Assembly (NCBI GenBank): GCA_951406725.2
Contig: OX597814.1
Coordinates: 47,120,001-47,184,000 of the forward strand
DNA from: Octopus vulgaris
Lineage: Eukaryota
Direction of reading: 5' to 3'
DNA length: 64,000 nt
Shown: piece by piece, positions 51,650-64,000 of the stretch
How the letters are laid out: each line of letters opens with the position of its first letter
How positions within the stretch are numbered: position 1 is the first letter of the stretch
Notes under the pieces: model-generated
What the model was told of the DNA's origin: nothing
Databases searched by the model: none
What the model saw: the letters and a program-made list of their open reading frames with translations, nothing else
Made by a program: the position numbers and the translations under genes

Positions 51650-52128
51650 GGGAAATCGAAGTCGAAATCAAACTCGGTGACTGGCATCCATTGCTAGTGG
51701 AGCGCTAAGAATACCATATGAGTGAGATCGTTGCCTGAGCAATAAACTGGCCTTCGTGCTGGTGGCACATTAAGCACACCATTCGAGCATGATCGTTACC
51801 GTGTTGCCTAACTAGCACTTGTGCTGGTGGCACGTGAAACATTCGAGCAAGGACATCGCCAGTGCTGCTGGACTGGCTCCTGTGCAGGTGGCACATAAAA
51901 AGCACCGTTTGGACGTGGCCATTGCCAGTACTGCCTGACTGGCCCTCGTGCCGGTGGCATGTGAAAGCACCCACTACACTCTCAGAGTGGTTGGCGCTAG
52001 GAAGAACATCCAGCTGTAGAAACTGCCAGATCAGATTGGAGTCTGGTTTGCCAGACCTCAGTCAAATCATCCAACCCATGCTAGCATGGAAAGTGGACGT
52101 TAAATGATGATGATGATGATGATGATGA
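51650..52128 (+). mobile_element. Non-autonomous retroposon with RTE-like tail and internal subrepeats
   Basis: Four GGTGGCAC/T-containing subrepeats about 60 bp apart; tail ACCCATGCTAGCATGGAAAGTGGACGTTAAA(TGA)n; related tails at ~27990 (+), 46780, 50110 and 63890 (-). Confidence 0.7.
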
Positions 52129-52146
52129 TATATGTATGTATGTATA

Positions 52147-52180
<34 letters not shown>

Positions 52181-52226
52181 GATGAATGTATATATATATA
52201 TACATACATACATACATATATATATG

Positions 52227-52259
<33 letters not shown>

Positions 52260-52274
52260 ATATATATATGTATG

Positions 52275-52324
<50 letters not shown>

Positions 52325-52852
52325 TATACACACACACATGTAAATATATATGAACATGCAATATATCAAGATTCACTTAAATAAGTACTCAAAGGTAGGC
52401 ACTGGGTTAGGTTAGAATAAAATGCATACACAGTAATTATAAGTAATTATAGACAAATACAAGCATCAGTACAGAAGTTCTGGTAGAAGTATATTCAAGT
52501 TATGTATGTAATTAATTGAACCCAACAAAGTAAATCATCAGCTCTTGAGCTATTCAGAAACTCATTTTATTAAATATACAGTCTATTATATACTTCAGAA
52601 CATGAGTAGGGCAGGTTACAAGATAGGTGAATTATAAATAAATAAGTAACAAATGATGAAAGTGTGTCAATTCATTATAACCGTTTCTCATTATAACTGT
52701 TTCTCAGATGATTACATGAGTTTTACAATCAAGGACATTTAAAGGATTTTTAAATCCACAACACATACATATTTTGTGATTCCACAATCAATGCTAACCA
52801 AAGATTCTATGGCAAGTGTCAATCATGGAATTACCAAATATGTTTTTTCATT

Positions 52853-54299
52853 GCAGAGATGCTCAAAATATCTGGTAGTGTCGGCTATAGCCTAGTCACC
52901 CGTTTAGTTAATCAGGTGATACATGAAGGAGTCATACCCAATGACTGGTGTAGCAGCATAATAGTCAACTGCTACAAAGGTAAAGGTGACGCCCTAGATA
53001 CAAATAATTACAGAGGTATCAAGCTGTTGGATCAGGTAATGAAGGTTATGGAGAGGGTCATAGCCCAACTAATTAGAGAGAGTTAGTTTAGATGAGATGC
53101 AGTTTGGGTTCGTGCCAGGGAAAAGTACCACTGATGCTATATTCCTGGTAAGGCAGCTACAGGAGAAATACCTAGCCAAAGATAAGCCCCTGTACCTGGC
53201 TTTTGTTGACATGGAGAAAGCCTTCAACAGGGTCCCCCGATCCCTTATCAGGTGGTCAATGAGGAAACTAGGGATAGATGAATGGTTAGTGAGAGCTGTG
53301 CGAGCCATGTACAGGGACGCTGCTAGTAAGGTGAGGGTTGGCAACGAGTACAGTGAAGAATTCCGGGTAGAGGTAGGGGTCCACCAAGGCTCAGTCCTCA
53401 GCCCCCTCCTATTTATCATAGTCCTCCAGGCAATAACGGAGGAATTCAAGACAGGATGCCCCTGGGAACTCCTCTATGCTGATGACCTTGCTCTAATTGC
53501 TGAGTCACTATCAGAACTGGAGGAGAAGTTTCAGGTGTGGAAGCAAGGATTAGAATCGAAGGGCCTTAGAGTCAACCTAGCTAAAACCAAAGTCTTAATA
53601 AGTAGGAAGGCAGGCAAACCACAAATCCCTTCAGATAGTTGGCCCTGCTCGATCTGTAGAAAGGGCGTAGGTAGAAACTCTATAAGATGTACCCAGTGTA
53701 AGCTATGGACACATAAGAGGTGCAGCAATATCAAAGGAAGGCTAACTGGGAGGATAGTTTTTGTATGTGGCAGATGCTCAGGAGCAATAAACACTGAAAA
53801 TGCACAGAGAACAACTTATGCTACATTCCAGGGAGAAAAACTAGAAGTAGTTGATAGCTTCCATTACCAAGGTGGCCAAGTCAGTAGCAGGGGAGGGTGC
53901 ACTGAAAGTGTAGCTGCTAGAATAAGAATAGCCTGGGCAAAGTTCAGAGAGCTCTTACCTCTGCTGGTGACAAAGGGCCTCTCGCTCAGAGTAAAAGGTA
54001 GACTGTATGATGCATGTGTACTAACAGCCATGCTAAATGGCAGTGAAACATAGGCCGTGACTGCTGAGGACATGCGTAAGCTCACAAGGAATGAAGCCAC
54101 TATGCTCTGATGGATGTGTAATGTCAGTGGGCATACTCAACAGAGTGTAAGTACTTTGAGAGAAAAGTTGGACCTAAGAAGCATCAAATGTGGTGTGCAA
54201 GATAGATGACTGTGCTGGTATGGTCATGTGGCAAGAATGGATGTGGATAGCTGTGTGAAAAAGTGCCACACCCTAGCGGTTGAGGGAATCTGTGGAAAG
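52853..54299 (+). mobile_element. RTE-clade LINE fragment (RT with embedded Cys/His finger)
   Basis: ORFs 52859-53086 and 53097-54053: NYRGIKLL, QFGF, AFVDMEKAF, GVHQGSVLSPLLF, LLYADDL; premature stops; truncated at both ends. Confidence 0.95.
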
Positions 54300-54329
54300 T
54301 TTGAGATATACTCTAGGAATTTCTCAAAT

Positions 54330-54730
54330 AAATCACAATTTTTGGATCTCCCATACCATATAAACTTGCAGAGATATGAGTCAACCATAGAACAGTGAGT
54401 TCCACAGCATTGTTATTTCCATGTTTTTCACCAGCCCATGTGCTTTTTTCTACTTGTTGCATGTTCATGTCATCTTCTGAGTTAATAAAGTCAATGCTGA
54501 AGTTCACTGTTCTGTGTCAAAAATTATAACCATCAATTTCATGAATGTGAGAGAGGCCCTCCACATGTCACTTAAAATTGTGGTTCCAAGAAGGACCAAC
54601 TGATGTATGCCTTCCTTGAGTGTGTCGCAATTCCAGCATGCATTGCATAAAGAAAAACATGTCTGGTCTTGCTACACACTCCTCCAAAAACCCACTGCTC
54701 AGGTAGCAAGTACCCGTCCTCTAACAGGCT
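54330..54730 (-). mobile_element. Merlin (IS1595/ISXO2-like) transposase remnant
   Basis: EQWVFGGVC..TRHVFL, then after frameshifts GTTILSDMWRA and HRTVNFSIDFIN...QQVE..W, matching the ISXO2 pattern WVFGG / TI.SD.W..Y / H.TVNHS..F. Confidence 0.75.
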
Positions 54731-56333
54731 GAGTAACAATAGAGTTTCTTTGTTGTTGAACAAGGCTGATCACAAACAACAACTGAATCATTATAACTAA
54801 CTTTTGAGTTAATTAAATTATTGTAACTAACTTCTGAGTTAAATTTTTCTAGAATCTTTTAACAATACATTCTCTGTTGAAAACCAGTGATTTATTTATT
54901 GTACAGGCTTTACAAGATTGAATTTTCTATAAATTTTCTCACATCAATAATAATTATATTTTGTATTTCATTTGATGTTTTTTTGTATGGTAGTTACCAT
55001 ACTTCTCAAGAGATATTTTTATTTTCCAATTGAAACACTTTCAAGGGGTCAATTTATACAATCTTCCCATGGAACAGTTTTTGTGACATGATAATACTAT
55101 TGTGAAAAGTAAGATTACTTAGAAACTTATTTCTACAAAAGAGTTTTTTTTTTCTTTCTCTTTGTTTCTCTCCTGTTATGATGGTGTTTATTAAGTTTTA
55201 CTTGATTTAAAGGTTACAGCATGTCTAATATAAATAAAAATAAAGCAAATTCAATTTCAGTTTATTTAACTAGTTTCTCTGTTGGCTGATGAAATGTCAT
55301 TAAAACAAGCCTTATGACAGGGAGAAGGATCTTTAAATAAAAACTAACACCAGCAAGATATTTTTTGAGATTTGTTTCAATTTGGCATGTCTAATCCAGA
55401 ATAAGAGCATTAAATAACAACAAAAACTGAGAACAATCAATTCTAAATTCTAAATGCACTTGTCATTTGAACAAGTGTTACAGAACACTAGACTTTATAT
55501 TTAAGTACAATAAATTAAATCCCATCATAAATATGTGTTTTAGTTTTGTCACCTAATAGCTATAACTAATGCTCCACTTTTTAATTGACATCCTCATAAA
55601 ATATGAACCCAATTTAAAGATGTTTGTAATTTCAGGATACACATTCCGTTATAATTACAGAGTATACACCCATTGGATTATTGGGTGTTCTCTAGCAAAA
55701 ATAGTATCAGAGACCAGCTGTATGACTCAGGTCTCCTAAATAAAGATTTAATTCTTATCTGAGTAAACATCCACAAAGGCAATATTCTCCCATAGGATTT
55801 ATAAATATAAAAGACAGGATATATTTTAATGTTTACTAGATGAATATATTTTCTTCTTTTTTTTTTTTTCAGTTTTGTTAAACATTCAGAGATACCCCTT
55901 CATTATGAATTAACTTCCATCATAATATGACCAATTTTTTATTAGAATTAATGATGCTATTTTATCAACTACATGAGATAATTTTTAAATGTTAATTTGA
56001 CTCAGAGTTTATAAAGTAACCTTATACAGTACAGAGGCTAGAGAATCATTAAAAATTTTAGAGAACTGTTATCTCTTGTTCAGAAATACTGAAAGTCAGA
56101 CTATTTTAGGAACATGTTACAAGTATAGCTTTATACACAAAGTGTACCAGCATGTTTTCATCTCTTCTAAATAGTACTGTAAGTAAAAAAAAAAAATGGA
56201 GAACTACCAGTTCTATCACGAGTATAGATGCCCTGTGGTCTTCCTATACCAAATAAAACATCATAAGAATTGTTATCAGCTAATGATTACTATATAAGTA
56301 AGGGTATGGTGGGTCTAAATTATTAAGATTGCC

Positions 56334-56542
56334 TTAACCCTTTAACATTTAAACCGACCATATCCAGCCAAAATATTCCACCTGTTTTATGTTCAACTGG
56401 CCATATCTGGCCCTTACACCAATCTTACAATATCATTCTAAAAATTAACAGTTACCTCATCAAAATCTCAAAGCTACAAAATAATGTATGATTAATTCAA
56501 AATTATACTTTTGACAGAATAATTTGAGTGCTAAAAGGTTAA
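56334..56542 (+). mobile_element. TTAA-flanked piggyBac-like MITE, copy 2
   Basis: TTAA-CCCTTTAACATT ... AGTGCTAAAAGG-TTAA; interior collinear with copy 1. Confidence 0.85.
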
Positions 56543-57494
56543 AGCACCCCGCCTCTATTATCTTCAATAAGATGAGTGCTTAATTATTACTGTAAACAAA
56601 ATATTCTACCAATATCATTCACAGGATGTAAGCCAGTTAGGAAGTCTGCATGGCAACAGCCAAAATTCCATCAAACCGCACCCTATTCACATCTGCCAGT
56701 TTTAAGTTAGGGCCTGAGTGGAAATTTACTTAAGATACGGTTATTTGTGCGTATGTGTTTTGTGTATATGTGTTTATGTATGTCAGATTGCTTCTCAGCA
56801 TTAGAGGTAACATGCAACCTGCTGCATGGTCTGGTCAGTAGCAACTAAACTGGTAACCCCACCAAACTTGCTTGGTAAAGATACTGATTTTGGATACCCT
56901 GCAGGTTGAAAAGCAAAGGACAGATGAATTCAGAAGAGGCAATTATCATCCAATAATATGTGTTATGTATGTTAAGTGTGTGTGTGGTTAGTGGCATGTT
57001 CACATTTCATTCAAATTGAGCCATGGAAGAAATAAATAACCTTTATCTCCGCAGCTTCAAAAGTTTAGGCAGCTGGTCAACTGTAAGTGAAAACATATTA
57101 TCATGCTGGGTTAGAAGTCATAATGTAGGGTAAACATCTGAAATGATATTTTATAGTCTTGATACACATCAAGTTAGAACAGTTAAATCTGGAGATCCAC
57201 TCAGTCATTCTGGTAATCTTCTACATTGTTATACAAGCTCAATTACATAGATGTATCTTGTTGCTGGCATCCTGTGTAAGAACAACAGAGTGTGTAATGT
57301 GTATGCAACTCTTTCTCAATGTCAAAAAAATCTTAAGTTTGTCTAGCATCTGCTTTAGCCATGAATTTTAACAGGCACTCTGTCATATATGCCTGTGTCC
57401 ACTTTTATCTTTGTAAATTTCCTATAGAATTGAAAGCCAGCACTGCAAGTTAGAATGTTTCATATATGAATACATCTATGTAAGAAATGCAATC

Positions 57495-57730
57495 AAAGAT
57501 AGAAAAAATAGGTGATGAGTGTATATACATATTTCAAGATCTATTGCTCTTTCATCAGCACAACATCAACTTAAACACCCACTATGTTTAGTGGTATAAT
57601 ACAAGCAATGTGATCATGGATATTTAAGCAATGTGATCATGGATAGTCGATGGTTTGGAAGTGGTGTAAATGAAAGAGCAATAACTCTTGGAATATACAT
57701 ATTCACTTGTTACCTATTTTTTCTATCTTT
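57495..57730. repeat. Diverged foldback element, ~65-bp arms
   Basis: AAAGATAGAAAAAATAGGT...TATTGCTCTTTCAT / ATGAAAGAGCAATA...ACCTATTTTTTCTATCTTT. Confidence 0.8.
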
Positions 57731-59949
57731 AGGAAATCTATAGGGGTAAACTTAAAAGTTAATACACTTCACTGCTAACATAAGGCATGACATATATTGA
57801 CTTGTAAACCTTTAATATACTTGGTAATACATTATGGTAGCAAAACGAAATTCTGTGTCCTTGCCAGCAATTAATATTTGTCTGTATTTGTTCTATGCCA
57901 AGCCTACCTTACTATCTCTCACTTTATATCCTCCCCAACACCTTTCACTTTGCATCTTCCCTCCATGACTCCCAACTTGTCATCCCAGCCTCTCCATCAT
58001 TGGTGCAGACTGTATCTTCATCATCTACTTCACCGACTCCTTTATTCTTCACTTAGTCTCACATATAAGAGGCTGCACTGGGCCATGTTCACCCCACCCA
58101 ATACACTCTACCATCACCTTGTTCTCCTACCAACTTGCACGCTCTCTTTCAGGTCACCTCTATTACCACCCAACACCTAGTCTTGCCTTTACCTCAGTAA
58201 CCACCCTTACAACTCTGGAGTACCCTTCACCTTCTTTTTCTCTCACTGCTTTCCCTGCATTCATCCACTGCCTTCTCTACCCCTTTCTCTCCTCAGCAGC
58301 CACTCCCCTTTCCCTATCTGGAATGCTTTCTCTGAATTCACATTCTGCTCCTCCCCCTGCTTCTATGGTACCTTGCAACTTCCCTTTCCTCATTGTTTCC
58401 ACTGCACTCACCCACAGCCCTGCTCTAATTTTCTCCATATTCAACCCCCAGTTTCTCTAATTCTTCAACACCCTCCACCACCTTGCTCTACACCTCACCC
58501 ACTCTGCTATACAATCCACCTCACCACATTTTCACTCTTTTCCTCCATCATTGGGTCAATGTCCAGTTTCATACTTGCATTGGTCAACAAGACAGATTTC
58601 ATACAGCCACATGCCCTTCTTATCAGCAACCCTTACTTGTTTTCAAGCAAAGTAATTTTTTGCCCTTGGCCAGATACATTTCCACAGAAAACTGGAAATG
58701 ACCCAATTAGTATGATGGCAATATTCATTTACAAATATCTTCTGATATCAAACCAAGGGGACACAAACAGTCACACACACATACGATGGACTCCTTTCAG
58801 TTCCCATCTACCAAATCCACTCACAAGGCTTTGGTTGACCCAGGGTCATAGTAGAAGACACTTGCCCAAAATACTGTGCAGTGAGCCTTCAAACTAAGTG
58901 TTTGGGAAGTAAACTGCTTAACCATACAGCCATGCCTTCTTTTCTCGCTAACCCCTAACACTAATTCTTTCCTTTTCTCATGTTTCCTGTTCCCACCCCA
59001 CTGAATAGTGTCTGGCTGTTACTCTCTCCACTATAAATCTGCTCTTCACATCTTACTTTGCTCTTCCCAATTAATCCTCCTAGAATAATCACACCCTCTC
59101 CTATTTTTATTCAGTTATAAGTTCTACTTTGAGTCCTTAGTTTTACAAGTTGAAAGGTAACTTCATTAGTACTGGTGACATGAAAAAATATCCAGTACAC
59201 TCTGTAAAGTAGTTGGCACAAGAAGAGCATCCAGCTATAGAAACTATTCCAAAACACACCATGGGACATGATACAGACTCACAAGATCCAGTGAACTAAA
59301 GATGAATGTTAGATAATGATGATAATGTTTTGTGTATATATATACACACACACAGATGAGGAATGGCCCAAATGCAGAAATAAATATAACTTGTTTAAGT
59401 GATATAAGTTGTTCAAATTACACATGTTAGTAGAGTGACGTTTCTTCATGTTTTACTTCAAACAAAGAAAATAATATTGTATAATAAAATTTTTATTTAT
59501 TTTTGTTTTTGGTCTATGTTATTTTCAATATATATCTATCAAGAAATCAAAGGAAATGACAGCTATTCCCTGCAAACTTTGCTTTTGTGATCTGGACATC
59601 AATGTTTTGAAACTGACCTATTTTCCATTACATTTCAGAGAGATTTAGCACTGATTTGCTGAAGAATAAATATCATGATAGCACATATTTTGTTTAATAT
59701 CATAGATTTGCTTGTCAATTGCTTGACCATGTCGCTTAGTAGCTGACAATAAGTGCATCTCTGATAATGAGCAGGAGCAGTGGGAGAACATCATAGCCAT
59801 GTGTAGAGAGGGATTCTTTGGGGATTGAATAAATGTAACAAAAGCAAAGTTTAAAGGAAATATTAACCATTTTTCATACTTTCTAAGGGTAAGCAAATAG
59901 GAAATAACAGTTGCTACCCGAGGACAAAAATCATGTTACACAGTGTAAT

Positions 59950-60910
59950 GGGTTCCATACAAAAGCAATTTGCTATCCTTGAGTTATTGTCAAAAGAGAG
60001 GTTCCACATCCACTGAAGGCTACAGGTTGTTTACAGTGATGATACCACAAGAGCAATGTACACAGATGGATGAGGAATTTAAAAAAAAGAAAAACCAGAC
60101 AGACCATGTAGTTGGAGGCTATGAACTGTGACCACTAACAAGAATCATCAGTAAGTGGATGAACTGATTCATGCATACAGATGAGTCACAATCCATGAGC
60201 TTGCTTTACAACTGGACTGTGGTCACAATGAATTATAGAAGATATTTGAAGACCTTGGTTATAGGAAAGAGTGTGAAAAAAGTGGGTACCTTGAGACATG
60301 ATTTGAAGGAGAGAAGAATAGGAGTCGTCTCTGATCTGCTGAAAATGTTTGAAGCCAATGAAGACCCATTTTTTTTTTCCTGAACCAGTGACAGGGAATG
60401 AAACATGACCACATTTTATGGTTCCAAACAAAGTCTCAGTTCATGAAATAGTATCAAACCTCTTCTCCAAGGCCTAAGAAGTTCAAGAGCCAGTGACCGA
60501 CACAGAAAGTTATGGTGACTGTTTATTGGGATAACAAAGGAGTCATTCTCCTTCATTCTCTGGAATGTGGTTGAATTATGAAAAGCAAGTAGTATGTTGA
60601 AACACTCAAAATGTTTAGAGAAATCATTAGGAGGGAGAGACCAAACAAGAATCTGAAAACAAATCCACATTCACTTTGTCAATGTATGACCACAAGCATC
60701 TTCAGTACCTAATCAGACAATTGGCAAACTGGGTTGGTCAGTAGTCCTTCATCCACCATATAACCCCCTGATCTGGTATGCTCTGACTTGCACCAGTTTG
60801 GTTCAATGAAAGACAATATTCAGAAACAATGACTTGATAACAGAGATGAGGAGAAAGTAGGTGTAAAGAAGGGGGTACAACGGCACACTTGAAAAACAGG
60901 AAGAGTTAGT
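59950..60910 (+). mobile_element. Old mariner transposase remnant
   Basis: Decayed motifs DLGYRK, KWVP, VTGNET, HPPY(N)PDL..SD.H.FG.MK spread across frames. Confidence 0.65.
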
Positions 60911-60985
60911 AATGATGATGTGGAATGGTGGAGTAACTCTTCCTGTTTTTCAAGTGTGCTGTTGTAACCCCTTCTTCACACCTAC
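60857..60985. repeat. Inverted repeat, ~52-bp arms, ~25-bp spacer
   Basis: GTAGGTGTAAAGAAGGGGGTACAACGGCACACTTGAAAAACAGGAAGAGTTA versus its near-exact reverse complement ending CACACCTAC. Confidence 0.9.
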
Positions 60986-61209
60986 ATGGGTTGGTTCAAC
61001 AGGAGCTGCCTGGCCTGAGGTCTGCATCTAGCTCCACTGTCTGCTTTGACATGGTTTCTATGGGTGGTGCCCACCACTTTACATAGTGTACTAAGTGCAT
61101 TTTACATAGCACCAGTGGGGTCATCAAGTAACTTGCAAGACACCCTCAACTAAGCAACTGGGAGGGTAGTAATATTGATGGTGATGGCTTTGAGCAAGGT
61201 GATGAGAGA

Positions 61210-61436
61210 TTAACCATTTAGCATTCACATTCTTCAGTCAAATGTAATGCTTATTCCTTCATATTGTTTTGAATTAATCATGCATTATTTTGTAGGTAGG
61301 AGATTTTGATGATGTAATTATTTATTTTTAGAATAACATTGTAGGATAAGTGTGAGAAGCCAGATCTGACCAGTCTGAACATAAAACAGATAGAACATTT
61401 TGGTTGGATAAGGCCGGTTTGAATTCTAAAAGGTTA
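61210..61436 (-). mobile_element. TTAA-flanked piggyBac-like MITE, copy 3 (inverted)
   Basis: TTAA-CCATTTAGCATTC ... GAATTCTAAAAGG-TTAG; interior is the reverse complement of copy 1. Confidence 0.8.
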
Positions 61437-61754
61437 GACAATGACAGTAGGACAAAAACAGATGTCTTACAGTAGAAGAGATAGAAGGTTAACCCCAGTT
61501 GGAAAAGAGAGAGAGGAGAGAGAAAGAGAAAATGATGGCAAAAGATATACACATGTGCACCTTGAATGACCTGTGTCATTTAATAGTTATACCCATTTTC
61601 ACATTAATTTCAGGACAAAACTCATATATGCTTATTAGATTTTAAAATGTTGTTGTAAGTAATATAAATATAATGAAAAATATCAAAGAAAATTTTAACA
61701 AAAAGCAATTTTATTAAATGACTTAATCACAATAATTTAATAAAAAATAATAGA

Positions 61755-61901
61755 TTAATGCTGGATGTCATCACTCCATTTATTATCTTCAATACGATGG
61801 TAGCTATCATAGTCAATGCCAGGAATTATGGGGAATATTTTCTCAGTAGGTTCTTTAAGTATCAGGTTATTTTGTTGTACTGCTGTTAAAAAGGCTTGAA
61901 G
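61755..61901 (-). CDS. Terminal coding exon of an unidentified convergent gene
   Basis: Minus strand: ttgttttcttcttcAG acceptor, then open frame LQAFLTAVQQNNLILKEPTEKIFPIIPGIDYDSYHRIEDNKWSDDIQH-TAA, with AATAAA 40 nt downstream (61710-61715). Unique, non-repetitive sequence. Confidence 0.75.
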   Translation of the reverse strand, partial: LQAFLTAVQQNNLILKEPTEKIFPIIPGIDYDSYHRIEDNKWSDDIQH

Positions 61902-62199
61902 CTGAAGAAGAAAACAATACATTTTAATCTGGTGCTTGACTCACTGAGTCATCAAGCTGTAAAGTTTTACAAACTGAGACAATTCAGACAAAAATTTCCA
62001 TGAGAAAATACATTCATTTTTATACATTTATGCATGTTCTTTTTTTAATTACACACAAACTATAAGGAGGTAGAAAATGTAAAAGATATCACCTTCCGAA
62101 AAGAAAGAAAGAAAAGAAAAGAAAGAATGAATGAATGAAAGGAAGAGGGGGAAGGGGAGAGTGAGTGTGTGTGTGTGTGTGTGTATTTTTATAAATAAA

Positions 62200-62760
62200 G
62201 ACGTGGCTGTATGGTAAGAAGTTTGCTTCCCAACCACATGGTTTCAGGTTGAGTTCCACTGCATGGCACCTTGATTAAGTGCCTTCAATTCCAACCCTGA
62301 GATGACCAAAGCCTTGTGGGTGGATTTGGTAGATAGAAACTGAAAAGAGTCTGTAGAGTGGCTGTGTGGTAAATAGCTTGCTAACCAACCACATGGTTCT
62401 GGGTTCAGTCCCACTGCATAGCATCTTGGGCGAGTGTCTTCTGCTATAGCCCTGGGCCGACCAATGCCTTGTGAGTGGATTTGGTAGACGGAAACTGAAA
62501 GAAGCCTGTCGTATATATATGTATATATATATATGTATATGTATGTATGTGTGTATATGTTTGTGTTTGTCCCCCTAGCATTGCTTGACAACCGATGCTG
62601 GTGTGATTACGTTCCCGTCACTTAGCGGTTTGGCAAAAGAGACCGATAGAATAAGAACTGGGCTTACAAAGAATAAGTCCCAGGGTCGATTTGCTTGACT
62701 AAAGGAGGTGCTCCAGCATGGCCGCAGTCAAATGACTGAAACAAGTAAAATAGTAAAGAG
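62200..62760 (+). mobile_element. SINE family B: partial copy followed by a full copy
   Basis: Two successive GTGGCTGT(A/G)TGGTAA heads near 62202 and 62358; full tail at 62700-62760. Confidence 0.85.
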
Positions 62761-62792
<32 letters not shown>

Positions 62793-63055
62793 TGTGTTTG
62801 AGCATGTTTGTGCATGTTACTATATCCTTGTCTTGACATCATGTAATAATTGTAAATAAGTGTCACCATCATGCAGTATCCTTTGTTTCCAATATTCTGT
62901 GAAAATCTGTCCAGTGATGGGAAAATATTACCTTACTTCGGAACAGATGAGGATTAGTAACAGGAAGGGCATCTGGCCATAGAAAAATCTGCTTCAATAA
63001 ATTTCAATGCAGCTCATGCAAGTATGGAGTCAAATGACTGAAACAAGTAAATTAG

Positions 63056-63099
<44 letters not shown>

Positions 63100-64000
63100 C
63101 ATTTAGGAAGGGTGTGTGTGTGTGTGTATAGGATAATTATTTGGACTTCGGGTATATGCTGATTAGACCACTTCCATCTTATGCCAGTGTAGCCAACACA
63201 CTACAGGCAACAACAACATGCCAGGCAATTCTCAGTATATGTAGTAGCATATCTTATTTACATCAGATACCTGACAAGACACAGCCTGCAATAATGGCTG
63301 CAACACAACTAGATGTACTATATTCCACCCACAAGGGACAGATGCAAGATGAGTTAAAAACGGCTGTTGTGCTGAATAAAGATTCTTGCTAAATCCATTT
63401 TCTGTTTCCCTCATTCATTATATGTGTGTGTGTATGTGTTTGCTTCTGCATATCTTCACACTGATCCTGTATGGGCAGTGGCCCAATGCACAGAGATGTA
63501 GATCAAAGTACCTACTTGTAAAGTTAGGGTTAGCTTCAGAAAGGGCATCCAGCTACAGAATACTGCCGCAAGAAGTTTCCGCCAACTTATAACAGTATGG
63601 AAAAGTGGACATACAAACAATGACTGAATCATGTATACAAATGGTGTTTATTTTGAAGTGTTTTCCTTTCATTAGTAGGCTCCTTTGATTTGCAATCACA
63701 GGGAAAATGTGTGCAGGTACATGTATGTATAGTTATCCCACATGTGTCTCTAGAAGTCAGTTAGAAATACATTGAATTATAGCTGAGATAGAACTCCACG
63801 ATTCACAATCTCTGGTACTACTCAAGTGCAGACTAGATTTTAAAAATCTTTTACATTCATTTCTAAATGCCATATAAAAATGATCATCATCATCATCATC
63901 GTTTAACGTCCGTTCTCCATGCTAGCATGGGTTGGACGGTTCGACCGGGGATCTGGGAAGCCAGAAGGCTGCACCAGGCGCCAGTCTGATCTGGCAGTGT

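Noticed and set aside
51740-51970. Regularly spaced ~60-bp repeats resembling a CRISPR array
   Set aside because: The units are degenerate, the spacers are related to each other, the array lies inside a retroposon, and there are no cas genes in this eukaryotic context.
57878-58897. Overlapping Pro/Ser/Leu-rich ORFs
   Set aside because: Pyrimidine-rich low-complexity TE debris running into a SINE; no splice or domain support.
63095-63422. Possible solo LTR (TG start, internal AATAAA)
   Set aside because: No clear CA end, TSD or second copy in the window.

Overview
AT-rich, microsatellite-dense animal genomic DNA. The SINE/LINE repertoire looks like an octopus or other coleoid cephalopod (inference, no database search). 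The + strand carries the last six coding exons of an SLC6 Na+/Cl--dependent transporter of the GABA/taurine/creatine type (6176-25041), with a likely ~2.6 kb 3' UTR. A convergent terminal exon of an unidentified gene lies on the - strand (61755-61901). The rest is mostly mobile-element debris: tRNA-derived SINEs, R4/Dong-, RTE- and CR1-like LINEs, Penelope-like elements (PLEs), mariner, Merlin, hAT/piggyBac/pogo MITEs, Helitrons and a DINE-1-like Helentron derivative. The most notable non-coding signal is a set of hammerhead ribozyme (HHR) motifs in PLE termini. One of them is a near-perfect ~305-bp palindrome (36068-36373) made of two back-to-back, outward-facing type I HHRs inside a (TA)n tract. 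Older foldbacks with apparently similar architecture occur elsewhere in the window. Most entries in the ORF track are microsatellite artefacts. All alignments and folds were done by eye.
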